NCBI GenBank assembly: GCA_964187785.1
Contig: OZ076410.1
Location: 14,880,001 to 14,944,000 of the forward strand
DNA length: 64,000 nucleotides
Reading direction: 5' to 3'
Source of the DNA: Amphiscolops sp. MND2022
Lineage: Eukaryota
The notes beneath the pieces are model-generated. The model had not been told where the DNA came from and ran no database searches. It was given only the letters and a program-made list of their open reading frames with translations. Below, in pieces: positions 33,528 through 44,377 of this stretch. Position 1 is the stretch's first letter; the number at the start of each line of letters is the position of its first letter. A program made the position numbers and the translations under genes.

Positions 33528-36244
33528 CCCACATGCCAGGACAGTTCTGAGTGTAGACAGCTTCGCCGTTGGTGAGTAGGTGTCGTGAAAATCAATGCCT
33601 GGCGTCTGAGTGAACCCCGTGCCACGAATCGCGCCTTGTACTTCACCACGTTTCCTTCGTCATCTAGTTTATGAGCAAAATGCCACTTTCCGCTGATGAT
33701 GCCTTGTCCTGATGGTGGCTTGACTAGCTCCCAGACACCATTTTCTTCCAAAGATTTGAATTCTCTGTCCATCGCTGCTTTCCAGTTGGGATCCGCCAGG
33801 GCGTCTGCTGTATTGCTTGGAAGGCCGCTTGAAATCAAAGCATCACAGTGAAGTGCCAGGTTCTCCAATTCTCTCCCTGTCACATAGTCGCCGAAGTGTT
33901 GAGGCGCCCTTCGAGTCCTTCCCGAACATCTGGTTGTCGTCTGCTGCACTGCTGTTGTACTGTCTGTAACATTGGGTGTCCCATCGTCTGGATTGATGTT
34001 ATCTTCTGAATCGCCCTGGATTGCACGTGTTTTCGTAGATGTGGTCTCGCATTGTTCATCTGACCCCGATTTCAGATCATCAACATCTGATTGAGATGCA
34101 TCATCGTCCTCGCTCTCCCCTTGGGTGACTGCAGAACCACGTTGGTAAGGAAACACATCGTCGTTGAAGTTGACGTTTCGTGATACCCAGACCTTTGGTG
34201 CCCTTGTCTCTGACCCGTCTGTTGAGGCTACTACATATGCCTTAGAATTTCCCGAGTATCCCAGTAGAATAGCTTCCCGTGCCTTGCTGTCCAGCTTCTT
34301 CCTGACTTCGTTGAGCACAAACGACTGGCACCCAAACACGTGAAGATGTGAAAGGTCAGGCTTACTTCCGTGAAACATCTCAAAAGGGGTCTTGCCATGC
34401 GCCGAGTGGATTGATCGATTCTTCAGGTAGATGGCAGTTGAAAGAGCAAAAGGCCAAAACTGCTTTGGGACCGCTGCAGTTGCCATCATGCATCGCGTCA
34501 TGCCAGTCACAGTGCCCCATGCTCGCTCAATTTTGCCGTTTTCTTCGGGTGTGTAGGGGGCAGAGAATTCCTGTTTGATGCCATTGGATGTGCACAAGTC
34601 ACTGAACTGCTTTGACTTGAACTCGAGAGCCCCGTCTGAAACCAAGGTGCCAGGCCGGCCAACATCGATGATGAATCGTTGTAACTTTGCGGTGACCTCA
34701 TCCTTTGACTTCATTGGGTATACTGCCCCGAAACGGCTGTAACTGTCGATGAAGCCCACTGCATAGCGAAAACCCTCGTGGGACTCCTGCTGAATGGGTC
34801 CGAGCACGTCTGTGTGAACGATAGCCGTTTTCGCTCGAGTGCCCCACGTCTTCGGAATGGATGCCCGCTTCGCCTTCTCGGTGCAGCAGATGTTGCAGTT
34901 CGTCTTCTTTTTGGAGCCAGAGATGTTCATGCCCACGACCTCTTGTTGCAACTTTGCCACATCGTGCCAGTTGTTGTGCCCCATCACTCGATGCCAGTGC
35001 TTGATAGAGTGAGACATCATTGCCAGTGACCCCGTCTCCACAGGTTGAGCCATCACACTGAAAAGTTCGTCGTTTGTCATCATTGGCACAACAGTTCCAT
35101 TGGGCATCTTGATGGTTGGGTCGTCATTGAACTGGATCATTGCCCCCTTGTCCGTCAATCGCTTGACCGACACCAGATTCCTCGCGTAGGATGGTACCCA
35201 GAAGGCATCCTTCAGTTCCAGTAGGCAAGAACGGCCCGTATTGTCCTTCACAAAGCATCGCACTGTCCCGCGTCCTTTGATCTCTGAACGACTGCTGTTA
35301 GCGTTGCATAAGTCTGCCAGAAAACCCTCGTCCAGATCAGAGAAGAGCTCTTTGTTCTTGATCATGAAGCCGTTGCACCCAGAGTCAATGAGAAGCTCAA
35401 TGCTCCCCTTGTCGTAGCAACCAGCCCTGAAAGCCCCGAAGCTGAAGAAGTCCGCTGATGAATGGTTGCTGGATTGACCCGAGCCACATCCTCCACTTGA
35501 GCTCTTTTGCTGTCCCTTCCTGCAAGTTGAAGCCAGATGCCCCTTCTGACCACAGTTGAAGCAAGTCCTCGTCTCCCGACTGTGGCAGTCCTTAGCTCGG
35601 TGCCCCATCTTTCCACACATGAAGCACTTTGGAGGCTTCCTCCCGGCTGAGTGAAATGCTGTCATCGATGTCTCGCTTGAAACACAGAGACCCCTGGTTG
35701 CTGCGAAGTTGACCAAGTCCTGCTTCATCTCGTAGTACCCCTTTGCTGTGCCGAAGTTGAGGACTGCCACCACACTGTCGAAGTCACTTGGAAGACCCTT
35801 GAGAATCATCGCTGTGAAGAGAGCATCTGAGACCACTTCCCCCGCTTCAGCCAGATCCAGTTTGAGCCCTTCTGCTTTGGTGAGGTAGTCAGTCACCTTC
35901 TCCCCTGATGTCATCTTGAGACCAGTGAGCTGTGTCATCAGTGATTGAACACGAGGCCGTTCAGTTGATTTGTGGAGCTTCGTCAAAGCTGTCCAGGCTG
36001 CAGTCCCATTCGGCTTGTGCCCTCTGATGAAGTTGATGCTTGCCTTGTCAAGGCACAACCAGCTCGCACCACACCATGTACTGTAGTTTGGCTCGATCTG
36101 CTTCTTCCCCCTCTCGCTTGACACGTTCATCATTCGTCTCCACATCTTTTTGAGGTGTTGTTTTGATTCTGTCCAGAAGGCAGTCAGAAAGTCCCAGGGC
36201 ATAGACTCTTGCTTCGAACTGCTCCAGAAAAGTGGGGAAGTCAT
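33524..36244 (-). CDS. gag-pol: Copia gag-protease-integrase-RT(N) polyprotein; disrupted at the 5' end and near 33620
   Basis: Two CCHC knuckles; LIDSGC; WHRVMGH..CNICC; HTDVLGP, VSDGALEF, NGKIER; WKAAMDREFKSL. True start probably MTAPRHSRPEK near 36300, followed by a stop and a frameshift. Confidence 0.85.
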   Translation of the reverse strand: MTSPLFWSSSKQESMPWDFLTAFWTESKQHLKKMWRRMMNVSSERGKKQIEPNYSTWCGASWLCLDKASINFIRGHKPNGTAAWTALTKLHKSTERPRVQSLMTQLTGLKMTSGEKVTDYLTKAEGLKLDLAEAGEVVSDALFTAMILKGLPSDFDSVVAVLNFGTAKGYYEMKQDLVNFAATRGLCVSSETSMTAFHSAGRKPPKCFMCGKMGHRAKDCHSRETRTCFNCGQKGHLASTCRKGQQKSSSGGCGSGQSSNHSSADFFSFGAFRAGCYDKGSIELLIDSGCNGFMIKNKELFSDLDEGFLADLCNANSSRSEIKGRGTVRCFVKDNTGRSCLLELKDAFWVPSYARNLVSVKRLTDKGAMIQFNDDPTIKMPNGTVVPMMTNDELFSVMAQPVETGSLAMMSHSIKHWHRVMGHNNWHDVAKLQQEVVGMNISGSKKKTNCNICCTEKAKRASIPKTWGTRAKTAIVHTDVLGPIQQESHEGFRYAVGFIDSYSRFGAVYPMKSKDEVTAKLQRFIIDVGRPGTLVSDGALEFKSKQFSDLCTSNGIKQEFSAPYTPEENGKIERAWGTVTGMTRCMMATAAVPKQFWPFALSTAIYLKNRSIHSAHGKTPFEMFHGSKPDLSHLHVFGCQSFVLNEVRKKLDSKAREAILLGYSGNSKAYVVASTDGSETRAPKVWVSRNVNFNDDVFPYQRGSAVTQGESEDDDASQSDVDDLKSGSDEQCETTSTKTRAIQGDSEDNINPDDGTPNVTDSTTAVQQTTTRCSGRTRRAPQHFGDYVTGRELENLALHCDALISSGLPSNTADALADPNWKAAMDREFKSLEENGVWELVKPPSGQGIISGKWHFAHKLDDEGNVVKYKARFVARGSLRRQALIFTTPTHQRRSCLHSELSWHVG

Positions 36245-36754
36245 CCTCTCGTCAACTAAACAGCAGCTTCTCTGGTCGAGAGTGTCGTGGTGCCGTCATC
36301 GTGATCTGCGCTGGTGAGGCTGTGATCAGCTAAGTAGATGGCGTCGTCTGGGAAGCTGCTGGGCCCAAAACCTTTCAAAACAGGTTGGGTAGGAATGAAG
36401 AACTGAATTGAGATTGATTAGTTATGATCAGACTTGGTTTATGTATATACAATTGCAATTGATGGTAGAAATGGTTCAGCATCGGGTATATATAGCACCG
36501 CGACAGGTACCTGTCAGTAAACAAAAATTGTGCGGTATCAAGAGTTGTCTGTTGTATCGCACAAACAGGTACATCGATGTGCGACATCAAAAGTTGTTTG
36601 TGCGATGTCATCTGGCAGGTACTTGAACCTTAGGGGTCGTGGCTCATCATTGATCGTTCCCGCCTTGCGAGGCGGATGGCAAACCTTGATAAACAATAAT
36701 TTCCTTTTACGCTTGGTTCTCCGTATGATGTTTTTTTTTTGGTTTTCAAAAATT

Positions 36755-37024
36755 TGTGGGGTCGAATAACAAAAGACGACTGTTTCGAATGAAGGTTAAA
36801 TTAATAATGAATAAATGATAAGAAATCAACTCTATTTATACCAAATCATTGTCCCAAAGGGCAGGATTACATTCTAAACGGTACTATTAAACCTTTCCTT
36901 TTGGGCGGTACCTTTCCTTTTGGCCGTTTCTTTTGGACAGTACCTTTCCTTTTGGCCGTTCCTTTTGGACGGTTGCACTGCTTATGGGGAAGCATTTTCC
37001 GATATCCAGTGTGGGTAGGTTACA
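36755..37024 (-). repeat. Short (270-bp) version of the Gypsy LTR
   Basis: Matches both ends of 19838-21332 but lacks 20122-21311; flanks AATT/AGTT in a host repeat whose empty site lies near 6940. Confidence 0.8.
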
Positions 37025-37782
37025 AGTTCGTAACTTTCTTCGCAAGTGTTTGCGAAGCACGGCTTCGCCTCTGCGTTAAAAAAATTGGACTCTTCGTTTA
37101 TACGATATAAGAGGTCAATTATACGAATATATACGATATACGAAACCGTGGATTATGCGATTACATGTTATAAGAGGAATTCCTTTAGATATTATTCTCG
37201 ACAGGTTTTCAGATATTTTTCCTTAGATACTGTTCCTGGTCCCTGAAATATCTTGTGCCAATCGCTATCCCAGTAGACCGACAGAACGAAACAAAATTAT
37301 CAGCCACCGTCTATAATCCAAAGGTTGTTGACGAAAAACTATGTGGTAAATTTTCTCGAAAGCGTATCTGACCTGGAGGGCCATCGAGGCATACGTACTT
37401 GCAATGTATTTTTGTTCTCTGAGATACCATTGATCTCCATCATCAATCAAGTGCCATGTGTGTCATCATGTTGGGGGGAGAAGACACACCCCTGGTCTGC
37501 AACTTGCAATAATTTGCCTTAAGTATTTGATTGGGAAAATTCGGCTAAGCAATTTATCGATAAATATTTGTTCGAACAATTTTCAGGTCTAAATGTGACA
37601 AGGTGCTGCATAAAGTTCTCCACGCCCATCCATGCAGAACAACAGCTGTTTCTGAAAGTCACTAAGAAGTTCTGATTCATAGGCACTTACCAATGTTTTG
37701 AATGATTCAGTAATGTTTGATTTCGCGGCACGCTCTAATATTATACGATTATGCCTGTTTTTGTTTTTAAATTTCCCATTTG

Positions 37783-38329
37783 TTTTTTAGTCGGCGCTTC
37801 ATGAAGTGAAACCGACTATTATAGTGACTTTTTTTCAATCCACACGAACTGACGAAAATAGTTCTTAAAAGTTCTACAAAATATTATTGCACCCCTTCAA
37901 TTTTTTGCTGTTTTGCGACAGGATGGATGTTGAAAAATCCCAAAGGGTCCCCCTTTCAGTTTTTCGGCATTGTGAGACGGCATTTTTTTTCTCTCCAAAG
38001 GGTCTCCCTTCAATTTCTTTGATATTTTACTACAGAATGGGTGTTTAAAAATCCCGAAGGGTCCCCCCTATCCGTTTTTCGGCATTGAGACTTTTTTTTC
38101 GAAAATTTGTTTTTTCGCCAAAGGGTCCCCCCTTCAACTGCGACAAAAATGTTGACAATTTCAGAAGTGTCCCCCCTTTTAGCGCGCCAGAGGCTCGCGT
38201 CAGCGGGCCCCGGCGCGCCACTCGGACCACTTTTTTGAATTTTCGAGTACTGTAAATTGACACTTGGAAGTCCTTTTGCTATTTTTGAGCCTTGGATATG
38301 GCGCCGACTTCGGCCGGTCCCGGCTTGTT
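37783..38329 (+). mobile_element. Helentron-type non-autonomous element (HINE/DINE-like) family 1, complete copy
   Basis: 5' T-run plus subTIR AGTCGGCGCT with nearby CCGACT inverted repeat; central tandem subrepeats; 3' GGCGCCGACT plus hairpin GCCG-gtcc-CGGC plus TTGTT. Confidence 0.65.
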
Positions 38330-41159
38330 TTATCAATTGACCATCAACAAATAATCATGTGAAAATCAATCACCAGACAATTAATTATAAATTTTTTCAG
38401 ATCAATTAGTTGCAATTGATTATTGCCAGAGCTTGATTCGAGTTATGAGCGGGCGATGTTTTCCATTGACATAACGTATTTTTCACAAAACTAACTGTAA
38501 TTAGTAACCGAAGTTGTCAAAATTCCTCCAGCCGCACTGGGAATTCACAACAAATGATTTGGTCCTAAAAATTCGTGATAATTCGCAATGAGCTGTTCTC
38601 GATTATTATTAAGAGTTGGAAAAATCTTTCGACTACTTATGCGCTCGTACCTTTCTCTTCTCCCGACCCTTCAATTAAAATTTCTAAAACTGTTCATACG
38701 ATTTTTGTAAAATTTGGCAGTCATTCTACACCCAAATGTGCTCCTGTGTGTGTGCAACGACATCAAAATTGTATGACTGGGATCTGAGAAACATAGCCAA
38801 GCTTAGTCCAAAAATGACAATAAAGTAAATAATTTGTTTTTCAATATTCTCATCCGTTTCCGACTCCTTTACCGCACATGCGGCTCTGATTTTGGAAACC
38901 GCCGCTTTAACATTTTTCGAAAAGCGAAGCCTACTTTATTCAGAAGCGACTTCTGAATGTTTTCACAGCAGCTAGATAGATGTTACATTATTGACAGAAA
39001 ACGAATATTGGCTCTGAGTTTAGTAATCCGCGGACAGCTTTTCTTTGTTCAAAGAAGTGAATGCAAAAGGTCATTATCATTCATTTTGATCAAATTTCAT
39101 TCAATTGGGATGATCGATTCTTTATTCGAGCACCGAGTCTAGCAACTCAAAATTCGGGCGCTTCCATTGAAGCTTTCTGAGTGTGCTTTTCTTCTGAAAA
39201 TTTTGAAACCCAAGATTCGCTTTCGAGTTGGGAAGTCAATGTTGTATTGGAAAGGGTTTGTGAGTGGATTTTATCGAAATTTATTCAAGATGAATTTCTT
39301 CCAAAATATTAATTCTAGATAAATATAATTTGAAAATGTTAGTGAAAAATTGTTACCCCTTTTTTGAGACAAAAATTTTTCTTGGATCTTATATGTTAAA
39401 TCCTTTATTAATTCTTAACCTCAACTTGGCCAATGTGCCAAATTTGGCACATTTATTTTCTGCAAATTCTTAACGCACCAGCTGATTGTATGGTAAAGCA
39501 AACTCTTGAATAAGATTTTCAGACAATATTGCATAGCATTCGGCGCCTTTTCATGGAATATTTACGTGATGTCTCCGAAATCCAGAAAATGAGTCAAAAA
39601 ATTCAAGAAAAATAACTGGTGTCAACATTGGGTCAAAGCGGCCTCGAAATGTTTTGAAACATGCTGAAAAGCAAGTAGAGACACGACGCGTGCAAAGTTT
39701 TGGCGCAAAGTCCGGAGCCAGTGCGGCGAAGCTAGCGGGCCCCCAGCCCAGCAGTTTAAAAATTGATTTGAAAGCCCTGATGCTCCTCTTTCGAACGCTG
39801 TATAAATCGTTTTTCGGACTTGAATAGTTCAGGAGATATTGCGGTTTAAAGTTGAAGCACCCGATTTTTGGATGGAACAAGAATTTTCCTGGCCAAGTTA
39901 AGTTTAACAAGAAAAATACTAAAGTTTTCAAATTGCGCTGAGGCTATGATTTTCAGTTGTTTTGAGTCCTAACATGAGTTTTTGCATCATTTACGCCAAG
40001 TTTTGAGCTTTTCATTTTCGTCGTGTTAAATCCCTTTGTTATAACATTTGACCAATGTTTGTAGATATGATTTCCTTTTTATTCATAATTTAAGCGGAAT
40101 TTAAATTATTAATTTAATTTAAAATAGCCATAACTACAATAATTTAAATTATCGGGAATTTAAATTATGCGTCAATTTGAGTAAATTATGCGTCAGAAAT
40201 GGTGCTGTTCAAATGTTTCAATATGATATGTGTAATGACTCGAGCGGTTAGGCAAAGTTGTGGAAACAATATAAGAATTCTAGACTTTTATTCAATCGAT
40301 TTGTTACTGGTGTTGGTAGTAACATTCAGAAGAGTGATAGCTTGCTTTCAATTCCAATCAACTATTTTATCAATTAACAAAATTTGTTCATATATGGTAC
40401 CCCATATGCTCTTCAAATATAAGTTTCAACCAATGTTTTCACGGGAATCTCTGAAAGGTTGTCATCTCAATAATGTCTATGACATTACACTACCACTCTT
40501 TGAAAAAACTTCCCCTCGGGTTTTTCTGGCACTTGCCCAAAGTGTAATTGTCCAAGCGTCTGTTTCGGATTCAAAAACTGGCAGTAACTCTTCGGCTCCA
40601 AATAAAATCTTTGAATATTCCTTTTTCATCTCCAAATAATTCTTTTTCTTATGCCACATATCAATTGATTCTTTGTGAGCCTTGATTGGTGGTGATAATT
40701 GACACCAGACGTCCGCGATTCTCACTAAACTTTGTCACAGTGCGGAAGTTCCTGGGGAGTTTGCAAAGATGGGCTAGCTCATTGATCAACTTCTTCGATC
40801 CGTAGGTTCGTTTTCGCATCAATCTGCGAACCACGACTTGTCACCATGTAATGACTCGAGCGGTTAGGCAAAGTTGTGGAAACAATATAAGAATTCTAGA
40901 TTTTTATTCAATCGATTTGTTACTGGTGTTGGTAGTAACATTCAGAAGAGTGATAGCTTGCTTTCAATTCCAATCAACTATTTTATCAATAAACAAAATT
41001 TGTTCATATATGGTACCCCATATGCTCTTCAAATATAAGTTTCAACCAATGTTTTCACGGGAATCTCTGAAAGGTTGTAATCTCAATAATGTCTATGACT
41101 TTACGATATGGATGAGGTGTTCTCCACCAAGTACAAAGTGTTAGATCTTATTCATTATA

Positions 41160-41336
41160 CAGTGGATCCCGGATATAAGAAACCCTCTTATAAGAAATAC
41201 CTGAATGCTTATAGTCAATGCGTATCTTGGCCCCGAATGCCAATTTAATATTTTGAATACCCCTTTTTAAGAAAGTTCGATTATAAGAAACACCACTAGT
41301 CATTCCCGTGACGTTGATTATATCCGGGATTCACTG
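41160..41336. mobile_element. Tc1/mariner-pogo type MITE (177 bp)
   Basis: TIR CAGTG(G/A)ATCCCGGATATAA (18/19 match); TA TSD. Confidence 0.85.
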
Positions 41337-41595
41337 TATCTTATTCCGTCCTCCCTGAAATACTCGTGTCGGTACTACAAGAATAAACATTAGAAGAATC
41401 GACTGGCAACTTCTTGATCGCTGTTCAAACATGACAGCGTTTGAGTTTTTAGTCGTTCGTAGAAAACGCAGACTATTGCAGTGACTTCTTTTTTTAAGAC
41501 CAACGAAGTGACTTATTTCATAAGCTTTATAAGCTGCGTCTAACTGCCACACTTGTAACTTCTACTGCCACAGCATAGAGGTTAATTAGGATAGT

Positions 41596-41966
41596 TTTTG
41601 ATGTCTGCCAAGCAGAAGGACGTAGGTTCGAGTCCCGCACATGACCAAAAAATGTTTTTCGGCTTTGTGGGACTTTTTTTCGCAAATTTTTTTAAATGTC
41701 TCCAAAGGGTCCCCCTTCATTTTTTTGCAAAAGAATGGATGTTCAAAAACTCCCAAAGGCCCCCTTTTACATTTTTCGGCACTATGCAACTTACCGGAGA
41801 CAAAAAAAATCGAAAAAAAATTCGAAAAAATTCAAAAAATTCGGATTATTTCTTCAATTTTTTTCCTCACGCGGGTACTGTTGAAGAGAATACTTGACAC
41901 ATTGAAGTCCTTTTGCTATTTTTGAGCCTTAGATATGGCGCCGACTTGGGCCGTTTCCGGCTTGTT
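41596..41966 (+). mobile_element. HINE family 1 3' part carrying a second, different tRNA-like head
   Basis: B-box GGTTCGAGTCC near 41622 ending CCA-AAAA; 3' subTIR and hairpin at 41937-41966. Confidence 0.5.
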
Positions 41967-42009
41967 CAATAGTGAAGTGGCAAGAAGACCACCACCAGTA
42001 GTTGCTGAG

Positions 42010-42772
42010 GGTCGCGGCTGGCAATTAAAAATTGATATTACAATTGATTGCAATAATTGGTAAACAATTATTTAATTACTGTTCTTTTCAATTATCAATA
42101 ATTGATTGCATGCTTTCAATAATTGCAATAATTGTTGTTGAGTATATTTCAGGTCAGCATGTCGAAAAATCAAGCTGAGATCTGTAAAACATTCTTTAAA
42201 TTACTCGAAGATGAACGTGATACTTGGCTTTGCAAATGTGGCCGAAAATTGAAGCTGCGAAAAGGTACAGGTTGGAGCAATTTGTATGCTCATATAAAAG
42301 TGTGAAGAATGAGCAGGAATTGTAAAAATTCTTGATGGGAAAAACAACGAGCTCAGCTTGGTCGAAATGTTACAATGTGAAAGATTGAAAAAACGAAGAT
42401 AACCAGACTCCGGTAATAATAGAGTGATTTCGCTGAAGCAATTTTGCAAAAGAGGCAGAAAATACCTTAATTGTCGCTTCTTGTTTCCGACATCCAATAT
42501 TTTGGAAAGGTTTTCAGTGCTGCAGGCTATGCTCTGAATGATTTGAGACAGAATATAACCCCGGAACATTTGGAACAACAGCTGTTCCTTCGGGCGAACA
42601 GAAAGTACTGGACCTTTGAAACGGTCAATTCTTTTCATTTTGTACTCTTTCACGTGACTCAATTATTGCAATTATTGGTATCAATTATTGATTGGCAAGT
42701 ATTTTCATTAATTATTCATTGAAACATTTTTTGACCCCAATTATTTTCCAATTTTTAATTTCCAGGTCCTGG
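42010..42772 (+). mobile_element. hAT internal-deletion derivative (BED finger plus dimerisation domain)
   Basis: MSKNQAEICK..WLCKCGRKLK..GTGWSNLYAH from ATG 42159; KVFSAAGYALNDLRQNITPEHLEQQLFLRANRKYW; CAATTATTG subterminal repeats; imperfect TIRs. Confidence 0.7.
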
Positions 42773-43169
42773 CTGAGGATGGTTTTTCCAAGAAGTCTTT
42801 CATGACGTCCGACAGAAAAAAACCAGCTCAAGCAGTACCTTGAAGGATCGACTTATTCTTTTCGACACTGATTTATAGTTTGAATGATCGCATTTTTTTC
42901 GTAATTTAAACTCTCGAGGAAGGGCAATTACAGTATCCGGACAGGAACCAGGCAGAAGTATCCTATTTTAACGCGTTCATTAATGTATGTTTTTTTTAGA
43001 ATAATGTTATTATTAGTATTATATAGAGTATAAGGAAACGCTACAAACCAGTGATGTCCATATTAGTGAATGAAAAATAAAATGATGTCTTTATCAAGTT
43101 GGTTAATAAGAATGTTTCTTGATGTACAAATCGTTTTTGGGGCAATGATTTGTTGAGGGTTGAACTTTG

Positions 43170-43440
43170 TTGCTATTTTGTGAAGCAGGTTGGACCAGGC
43201 TTTGATAAAAGAGGCAGTTTCTTCGGTGATCGTTGAATCCAGCGATGACTGTCACCAATTTCAGGCGTCTTTGAGGGTATTGGTCGACGTTTGCCAGCTG
43301 TTGAAGAGTTGCACCTCTGTAGCTGTGGATCGCGGTGCCGATACTTCGACGGTTGATGTATTTCGTTCGTGAGGTTCCCAGAGTAAGCGACACTGTCCCC
43401 CTTGTTAGACCTTTGGCCCTGAACTTCTGCGTTGACATAC
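43170..43440 (-). pseudogene. SGNH-esterase-like ORF1 fragment of a CR1/L2-type LINE
   Basis: LGTSRTKYI..IHSYRGATLQQL..VTVIAGFND resembles the GDS..PGAT..GxND pattern. Confidence 0.55.
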
Positions 43441-43923
43441 AAGCCGGTCTTTCTAAAATCCCGAATGGGGCTGCCCAGGTAGACTGTTGCCGGCGACAAT
43501 CAGATAACTGAAACTATTTAATCTGTTTATCACAACATAATAATAATAATTGTGATATTGCAGTAATTTATAGATTTTCCTCCACTTACCAAGGTTTACA
43601 ATTTTTATTTATATGGGACCGTTTGTGACACTGCAAGGAGGCTCTGTAGCTTGCAGCGTATACGACACCCTCTTCAACTTTTTCCTACTCGCCCTCCTTT
43701 TAAGAACGGGCTTTTTTTCATATTTGTCCCAACATGAAAAATTGGTTTCTGTACGCACTGTCCCTTTTTCATTCCCATAGTAATAATGAAGAATTTAGGA
43801 CATACGTCCAATGGTCATAACGACCCTGGCGTTTGCTGTATATCTCAGTTTAGAGTTTTGAAAAATTAAGTTTCTTGATATTTATTTTTTAATTTTTTTT
43901 TAATTTTATTTTTTTATTTCATA

Positions 43924-44225
43924 CAGAGTTTTGACACCGCTAATCAGCAAGTTAACGACGCGTAGAATTTTTTCAGCTGTTCAAATTAGCGGTAACTAAT
44001 AGATTGTCCAAATTCAAAGTTTCCACGGAAAATACTCGGAGTTTCAAAATGAATTTCGAAAGGTTCCAACTCTTCATCTGCAAAACCCACAGAATAAAAT
44101 TTTTTCTCCCAAAAATTGAATTAAGTTATCGTTTATATTCAAAACATTCTTGTATTCAAACATTTTATAGTTTTCAGCAAAATAGCGGTTAGCATTAGCG
44201 AAAAAATAGCAATGTCAAAACTGTG
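43924..44225. mobile_element. Probable hAT-like MITE (relatives near 47705 and 55830-56104)
   Basis: TIR CA(G/C)AGTTTTGACA with TTAGCG subrepeats; no TSD seen. Confidence 0.4.
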
Positions 44226-44377
44226 CTATACCCGTATGAAAACCTGATAACGTAAAAATGTTTTCAGATACCTCTTCAAAAATTTTAATTCAATCCTAAT
44301 TTTATTTTGATCCATTAAAAATTTATCAAATTCGAATTTATCAAATGGTATAGTCGAAGATCTGGAAAATGCTGCAG

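Larger units (their letters stand above)
31969..36691 (-). mobile_element. Near-complete Ty1/Copia LTR retrotransposon (4.7 kb)
   Basis: LTRs 31969-32288 and 36373-36691 (~2% divergent); half-tRNA-iMet-type PBS GGTTTTGGGCCCAG; PPT ending GCGGGGG; TSD AACAA/AATAA in a host repeat whose empty site lies near 19774. Confidence 0.93.
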
